DNA of 64,000 bases from the human T2T-CHM13v2.0 reference genome, Homo sapiens, in the NCBI RefSeq assembly GCF_009914755.1, contig NC_060936.1; one strand, 5' to 3'. Numbering within the stretch: position 1 is the stretch's first letter; every line of letters begins with the position of its first letter. The notes beneath the pieces are model-generated. The model had not been told where the DNA came from, made no database searches, and saw only the letters and a list, made by a program, of their open reading frames with translations. Shown here one piece after another: positions 55,520 to 64,000 of the stretch. Made by a program: the position numbers and the translations under genes.

Positions 55520-55916
55520 CCTTGAGCCTTTGTCAGCGCAGCACACAAAGGCCCAATCTCTTACTGCCTGCGGGCTGCGGGCTTTTTTGTGGGAGCGAGG
55601 CAGACAAGAGAATTAACACCCTCACTCCAGGCTGACCTTGAGCAATGGCTGATGGCAGCTTGGGTGTAAACACCCCAGCTCCCTGGCCCTCAGATGGGAT
55701 GACTCTGGTGCTGGTGTCCTACCCTGTCCGCTAGAAGGATCCCACCTCAGTTGCCCACACTGGTAACTGGCTCCACAACTCACTCTGCTGACTTCCTTCC
55801 TTCCACGTCTCACTTTCCACTCCCACCCCCGTTTCCTGAGATCACCTCCCAAACAAATCCGTTGCACGCCAATTCTGTCTCAGGATCTGCTTGTGCGGAA
55901 ACCAAAATCAAGACAA
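55520..55916 (+). mobile_element. ERVL LTR16-like LTR, 5' boundary approximate
   Basis: 3' end gatcacctcccaaacaaatcc...tctcaggatctgctt...aatcaagaca and internal aaacaccccagctccctggccctcagatggg resemble LTR16. Confidence 0.55.
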
Positions 55917-56171
55917 TCTAAAACACCCTTGCATTTCCGAGGCACTACGCTGGAAGTAGGCTGGGAGGAAGTCAGGCCCGGCTGGCCCTGAGCCCCGTTC
56001 CCGAGCAAATGTGATGGACGAGTCACTCCACCGCTCAGGTTCAGTTTTCTTTTCATCACTTCAATTTCTCACAGAGCTGTTAAGACCATTTTCTGAAATC
56101 ACCTCTGTCCCTAAAGGGTGTTGCTGTCACTTGTTGGTAGTATTATCATTCTTTCTTTCTTTTTTTTTTGA

Positions 56172-56276
<105 letters not shown>

Positions 56277-56425
56277 TGAGGTGTGAGCCACCGCACCTGG
56301 CCCTTTCTTTCTTTTTGAGACACGGTCTCTCTCTGTCGTCCAGCCTGGAGTGCAGTGGCGTGATCACGGCTCACTGCGGCCTTGACCTCCCAGGCTCAAG
56401 CGATTCTCTAGCCTCAGCCTCCTGA

Positions 56426-57042
<617 letters not shown>

Positions 57043-58075
57043 CTGGGGCAGAGGGAGAGGGGATGTGGGTCGAGGGGACCTTAGATCCCCCACCATCCCC
57101 ATTCCCTGACCCATCCCAGGCTGCAGGGGGAGGTGAGGGCAGACCCAGCCACAAACTGAAATGCCGGCCGTTGGCAGGGGTGTCTTCCAAGGCTTGTCAC
57201 TCATGCCTTCCCCTGCCCCGAGCATTTCCCTACAGAGGCCTCCAGCTGGAGCAGGCTGTGGGCTTGGCCACAGAACAAGGCTTTCTTTGTGAGGTCCTGG
57301 CACACACATGCCACCCCCAGGCTCCTCAGCTTGGCCACCTGGGAACTATTCGTCCTCCTCATGGGGAAGAGCATGACTCAGAGAGGGCAAGTGCCCTGGC
57401 TAAGGTCACACAGTGAGCTCTCTGTCTCCTCCCCCAGTGGGGTTCCGTGAAGAAGGGGCTGTGATGGGAGCGCCCATGCCTTCCTCCTGTGCCTGGGGGG
57501 CATCTGGGAAGGGAGTGGAGTCTGAGTACCCATGGCAGCCCACACCCTAGTCAGGGACTCCATCTGTCCTCCTCATGCCCAGCCAGAACTAGGCTGCTGT
57601 CTGGACCACCGTGCCTTGGTGGAAGCTGCAAAGGCACCCCCTGCCAGCAGACGGATTGCTAAGAGGCTCAGCTAGCTGAGCTGGACCTTAGCCCCTCCTC
57701 TCCTCCTTGGCTGATACTTTTGGGAGGTGGCAGCACCAGGAAGTCCCAGATATCCTCTTTCCCCTGGCTCCCCTGTAGACCACCAGCTCCCTCCTCCCTC
57801 TCACTCCAAACCCTCCTCATTCCTCCGCAGCTATGCCCTGACCTGCCCACCTCCCATGTGTGTCCAGTGTAGCAGTGACATGATCCAAGTGCTCCCCATC
57901 CTCCAAGGAGAGGCTGTGACGCACTCCCGGGAGTGTGCCAGACACTGTCGGGAGTGTGTGTGGCTGTGACATGAGACCTGCCCGAAAGTGGCCTAGGGAC
58001 CTGCTGACTCCCCACCTCAGCAAGGATGTTTCCCCAGCTGGGAAAAGAAAGCTCCCACCCTGCCACCCCACGTCA

Positions 58076-58745
<670 letters not shown>

Positions 58746-60265
58746 CTATGGACAGGAGGGGGACAAGAAGGAGAAGACCCCAAAACAGCCTCACTATGTA
58801 CTGGAGCCCCCAGGCCTCTCTGGGTTTTTCCACCCTTCGCTGGCACCAGCTATATGCAAGAGGTTCCTAGGACAAAAAGACAAGATCTAGCCCTTTCTCC
58901 CCCATCCCCTTCTGGCTCAATTTGACACACTCAGGTAGTCAACTCCAGAGAGGCTCTTGGGGCAATGGTTTCAGCTCCTGAAGGATAGGGCACGGTGCTG
59001 ATCGTTAAGTCATCCCCAGTATTCAAAAGAGGCTATTCATGACTGGACAGTTTTTGGTAATCCTTTCAGAAAAGGGGCCTCAACACCTGACCCTGTGCTG
59101 GAAGAGCAGGGGATGCCTTGGACGGTTGTTCAGGTTGTACACTATTTAAGAAACACCAACTATTAAAGGGGCACCATTTACATCATCAACATAAATTATG
59201 TTAGAGCCTGAGGGTTGATAAAGAGATTCCAGAACTCCCAGCCAAGTTCTACATGGTGGCAGGGGCCATGGGTTGTGAAATCTGCCCACACCATGTGCAT
59301 GTCACCACAGGCAGAGCTGAAAAGTGGTCCCAAGTGTGCGGCCATCAGGCTGCTGTTCACCAGAGTCCTGGAAGAGGCCCCTGGGTGGAGCTGTTCACAC
59401 TTTGCAGGAGTCACTATGCTGATTCTCAAGCCAGCCAGGAAGGCTGCCTGAGAGTCCAGGACAGGAGCATGCACTGGCATGTCCCATGACCATGTGTCAC
59501 GCCCCAGCCGCAGGAAGCATGCAGGGTGCCTGAGTCATGTTTGGCCATGGGCGGTGTGTGTGGTTTGTGGAGATGACTCGCTGGCTACACACAACACATT
59601 CAGGCATGGGGTGGAAAACCCAAACAGAGCCTTCCTGAGGCCTCCCTTAGCTGAACTAAAAGGCAGGGCCTGCAGTGCACACAGAGGTGGGGGCTGAGGG
59701 GGAGCTCCAGGGTTTCTTGCTCCATCCCAGGGGCTGGTGGGAAGGCCGGAAGCAAGGGGTGGGGAGCAGCGTGCCAGAAATGGCTCAGACTCTAAAGAAT
59801 AGATTTACTTTCTCATCTCAGTGAGGACGGTGGGGAGGCTCGTGACCAGGAACTTCGGGAAGAGGTCCTACCTGTGTGGCTGGAGAAGACTGTGGGGAGT
59901 GGCCTCACCGGGGGCTGGGTGGGAGATGGCTTCCTTTGCTACCCTGGTCTCAGGTCACCAACACCAAAGGCTCCAATGGAGCTGCGACAATGACTTACCC
60001 GGCACCACCTGGAGGCCGTCATGCATCCAAGCCCCTGCTCTAGAAGTACCCCACGTGGGCCTGGGTGACTGTGAGGGGGTTGCCTGTACCTGTCACAGGG
60101 TCACAGCCCTGCCTGTCTGAACCCAGCCTGTCTGTCCCTTAGGGCTCGGGGGCACCCGCCCATTCAGGAAGCAGGAGGAGGGTGAGGTCAAACCTGGCTC
60201 ACGGCCCTAGCTCGGAAGCAGAAGCAGTGCCGTGGGGTGGCCAGAGGGGACAGCAGCCTGCCCAT

Positions 60266-60309
60266 GATGGCATCACAGCGGGCCCGCGATGGCATCACAG
60301 CGGGCCCGC
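60266..60309. repeat. Perfect 22-bp tandem duplication gatggcatcacagcgggcccgc x2
   Basis: Directly visible in ABCB9 intron 5. Confidence 0.9.
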
Positions 60310-61146
60310 ACCACCCCCACATACACACCAGGCACGTTCCAACCCAGGGCCTTTTCACTGGCTGTGCCCTCTGCTCAGCACATACCTCCCAAGATGCCCG
60401 CCTCCTTCAGACCCTTATTCAGATGTCCCCTTCTCAGCAAGACCTATTTAACTTGTATTTATTCATTCATTTTAGAGACAGGGTCTTGCTGTGTCACCCA
60501 GGCTAGAGTATAGTGGCACGATCATTGCTCACTACAGCCTCGACCTCCTGGGCTCAGGCGATCCTCCACCTCAGCATCCCAGGTAGCTGGGACCACAGGC
60601 ATGCGCCACCAAGCCCAGCTAACTAAAAAAAATTTTTTTTTGTAGAGATGGGGTCTTGCTATATTGTCCAATCTTGTCTCGAACTCCTAGGCTCAAGTGG
60701 TCCTCCTGCCTGTGCCTCCCAAAGTTCTGGGATTACAGGCATGAGCCACCGGGCCCAGCCAGTAAATCCAATTTAAAATTGCAGCTACACCCAATGCTCC
60801 CAATCCCTCTGCTCACTTCATGTTTCTCCTTAGCACTGACCATCTTTTACTGTATTGTGGATTCTCATTCTTTATGCTGTTGGTACCTAGTATCTGTCTC
60901 TGACACTAGATACAAGTTCCAGGAAGGCAGGGGCCTTGTCTTTTTCACTGATGTATCCCAGTGCCTGGGACATAGCAGGTGGTCAATAATTATTTATTGA
61001 ATGAGCGAAGAAATGAATGAATGAATGCAAACACAGCCTCAAGACCTGTCCTTCACTAGCCCTTAGTGGCCCCCTGAGCCCCTCCTAAGGGGATGTTTGG
61101 GGGCTGCCAGGGCGCACAGTCCCCAGCAGAGACAGGGCAGGCCTAC

Positions 61147-61352
61147 CTTGTAGTACTTGCCGTAGATGTTGGACACCATCATGATGATGGGGAAGCCCAT
61201 GAAGGTGACCAAGGAGAGCTGCCATGAGAGGCTGAACATGAAGACCACCACGCCCGTGACCTTGACTGTGTTCCGCAGGAAGACATTGATGTTCTGGGAG
61301 ACCAGGTCGCTGACCATGGTGGTGTCCGAGGTCAGGCGGGAGATGAGGTCCC
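61147..61352 (-). CDS. ABCB9: ABCB9 exon 5 (206 nt; DLISRLTSDTTMVSDLVSQNINVFLRN...IYGKYYK)
   Basis: Acceptor ttccag|GG, donor AAG|GTAGGC; 'SRLTSD' ABCB TMD motif. Confidence 0.94.
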
Positions 61353-62310
61353 CTGGAACACACGCGGCTCAGCTCTCACCACAGCAACCCGGGCCTTGGG
61401 GGTGGCGGTGGGGGATGCTAAGGGGCCTCTGAGACAGACACTGGGAAGCCGGGCCTCCCTACCTGTGGGCGGGGTTGGGGGGTGGGGGAGAAGAGCAGAT
61501 ACCCCTCGAGGGCTACTCTGAGCCAATCCCAGTCATCAGCATCTTGCTTAAGCTTCATGACATCCCGCTGTACAGCGGAGGAGGCTGGGGCTCAGAACAG
61601 GAAGGCCCCCGTAGAGTCACACAGCCTGTCCGTGACTGAGCCAGACTTCAAACCCATGTCTCCTCCCTGTCACTGGCAGAGGGGGTAACTCCTCTTCCCT
61701 TCTAGGGAAATAACAACCTGGCTGGTGGCGGGCAGGAAAGCGCAGACACTTCTTACCTAAGTTGGACATTGTGCTAAGAGCTGTGTAAGGACCCCATGGG
61801 GTGGCTACTATCCGTGTTCCCATTTTACAGACAAGAAAACAGAGGATCAGAGAGGTGAAGTTCGTGAGTGGAGGAACCAGGGCTTCGACCCAGGCCGGTG
61901 TCTCTCAGAGCTTGGATCTTGGTGGATATTCTATCGTCTTCCCCGTTGTGGCCCCTGGCCCTCACCTGCTGACCCCCATGGGAGCAGGGTCTCTGTCGGC
62001 CACAGGCGTGGGTAGTCCTGGACCTGGTGGTTTCCATGGGGCAATGGAAAGCAAGGCCTTGGCTCCTGCAGGGACCTCGGGTGGCCTGGCCTGGGCCCCA
62101 CAGAGGCCGCAGCCCACACCAAAACCTCAGTGAGCAAGCCAGCTCCCAGGACACAGGCCAAGCCCAGGGTGTTCCCAGCCTGAACTAACAGCAGGAGGAG
62201 AAGACAGAGGGCTGAGACCACCCACACGCCCATTTCATTCCTCAGTGCCAGGCAAGCCCACAGGGGTGGGGCCCAGCCCCCAGGACACCTAGGGCACTGG
62301 AAGGACCAAC

Positions 62311-62441
62311 CTGTGCGGTTCTCATCAAAGAAGCTTGTCTCCTGGGACACCAGTGAGCGGAAGAGACAGTTTCGAAGGCGAATGTTCAGTCTGGCAAATA
62401 TGAGGGTAAAAATGCCGCCCCGAATACCTGCGGCAAATGAG
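62311..62441 (-). CDS. ABCB9: ABCB9 exon 4 (131 nt; SSFAAGIRGGIFTLIFARLNIRLRNCLFRSLVSQETSFFDENRTG)
   Basis: Acceptor aattag|C, donor ACAG|GTTGGT; phase consistent with neighbours; ABCB-type 'FFD..TG' motif. Confidence 0.93.
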
Positions 62442-62973
62442 CTAATTGCAGATAAGAGATATTATAGCACGATGTCCTTCCAGACCAGTGACCACACCCG
62501 GCTGCCCCCTCCCGCTGCCGGCAGGCCTGGGAGCCCCACCGCAGCCCCACTCCAGGGCTGGCATCCCTGCGGGGTCCCCCTCATTCCCAGTGGGAGCCCC
62601 CCTCAAGGTGAGGGCAAAGGGGACAGTTGTGGGACAAGAGACCCAAATGTGCCAGCCAGACCCTCTTCCTTCCAGAACAGCTCAGACAAAGCCGGTTCTG
62701 TTTGGGACCAGATTCCTACTTGGAAAACAGCCAGGGAGGGTGAGCAGGGAACCCTGAGGACTGAAGCCCTTTTCAGGGACCAGAGGGTGTGGTTCTAGGG
62801 TGCTCTAAGACAGTGTGGAAGCCGGTTCCCAGGGTGACCAGCTGAGGGACAGGCCCACCAGGGGCATTTCCAGGGCCTCCCTGGCCCCTGTCTTCCTTAG
62901 GAACAGGCCCTCCCTTCCCTCCCTGGTGCAGGTCGGGGTGTGCGGGGCAGGGCGTGGGGGTTGAGCCAGCTAC

Positions 62974-63088
62974 CTGCCAATGGCCAGCAGGCACACGATG
63001 ACGACAGCCGTGCTGAACTGATCCATGCTTTTCTGGATGACGATGCCATCAATGGCGCGGCCCGTGTAGTAGGGCAGGAAGGTCTCTC
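62974..63088 (-). CDS. ABCB9: ABCB9 exon 3 (115 nt; GETFLPYYTGRAIDGIVIQKSMDQFSTAVVIVCLLAIG), start of core TMD
   Basis: Acceptor ccccag|GAGAG, donor AG|GTAGCT; phase 1 to 2; TAP-like transmembrane sequence. Exon numbering is from recall of the gene structure. Confidence 0.93.
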
Positions 63089-64000
63089 CTGGGGGAGGCA
63101 GGGCAGCCTCAGGGACGTCTGCAGCCAGGGGAACCCGCACCCTTCCTCCTGAGGCTCCAGAAGTCCACACACCAACCCCTCTGCCCACTCCACCGGTGGG
63201 CTTTCCTCCCTCGGCAAACTCTTGCTGCCCATCGTGGGGCCCCAGGGTGCTTAATGCCCCCCTCCTCAGAGAACAGGGGAGCACTGGGCCTTGCATCCAC
63301 ACAGCCTGCTGGTTCTTCTTTATTTATAGTGGCTACCAGGCATCGAGCCAGGGCTCCTGCAGGATGCTTCATTCTCTTGTTTTTTGAGACAGGGTCTCGC
63401 TGTGTCCCCCGGGCTGGAGTGCAGTGGTGTAATCATAGCTCACTGCAGCATCAAACTCCTGGGCTCAGGTGATCCTCCTGTCTCAGCCTCCTGAGTAGGG
63501 AATACAGGCATGTGCCACCATGCCAGGCTAATTTTTTTTTTTTTTTTTTTGTAGAGACAGGGGTCTCACTATGTGGCCCAAGCTGGTCTCAACCTCCTGG
63601 GTTGAAGCAATCCTCCTACCTTGGCCTCCCAAAGTACTGGGATTATAGGTATGAGCCACCGCTCCTGAACTTTGTTTCATTCCCTTTGGAGCAGGCCCTG
63701 GAATCACCCCCATTTTACAAATGAGAAAAATTAATTTGTTTTTCTTTTTCTAAAATATTTTCCTTTTTTTTTTTTTTTTTAACTTTTTGAGACAGGGTTT
63801 CACTCCTGTCGCCCAGGCTGGAGTGCAGCCTCAACCTCCTGGGCTCAGTGGATCTTCCCACCTCAGACTCCTGAGTAGCCGGGACTACAGGCACACGCCA
63901 CCAGGCCTAGCTAATTTTTTGTATTTTTTTGTAGAGACGAGGTTTCGCTAGGTTGCCCAGGCTGGTCTCTAACTCCTGGGCTCAAGCGATCCACCCACCT

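Overview
Primate, very probably human, genomic DNA that is extremely Alu-rich. From sequence recognition and recall (not a database search) it matches the VPS37B-ABCB9 locus on 12q24.31. Both genes are on the minus strand. Positions 1-7181 are VPS37B intron 1. Coding exon 1 (7292-7182) lies in a CpG-island promoter dense in CRE/ATF and E-box motifs. About 26 kb of repeat-dominated intergenic DNA follows. ABCB9/TAPL (lysosomal peptide ABC half-transporter) contributes ten coding exons between 63088 and 42434. All have canonical AG/GT ends and consistent phases, followed by a 3'UTR with AATAAA at 41537-41542. Two short alternative terminal exons (37333 and 33566) and a candidate in-frame 126-nt cassette exon (34534-34409) lie downstream. 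The most unusual signals are: (i) several templated-insertion or template-switch scars, namely a ~310-bp head-to-head Alu quasi-palindrome, a 190-bp local copy with a snap-back hairpin inside an Alu, and a ~400-bp inverted intronic duplication bracketing four phase-0 exons; (ii) a snaR-like short retroposon with target-site duplications inside an LTR8-type solo LTR; and (iii) a young AluYb8/9-lineage insertion. No prokaryote-type systems, tRNA, rRNA or CRISPR were seen. Most ORFs in the track are Alu-derived noise.
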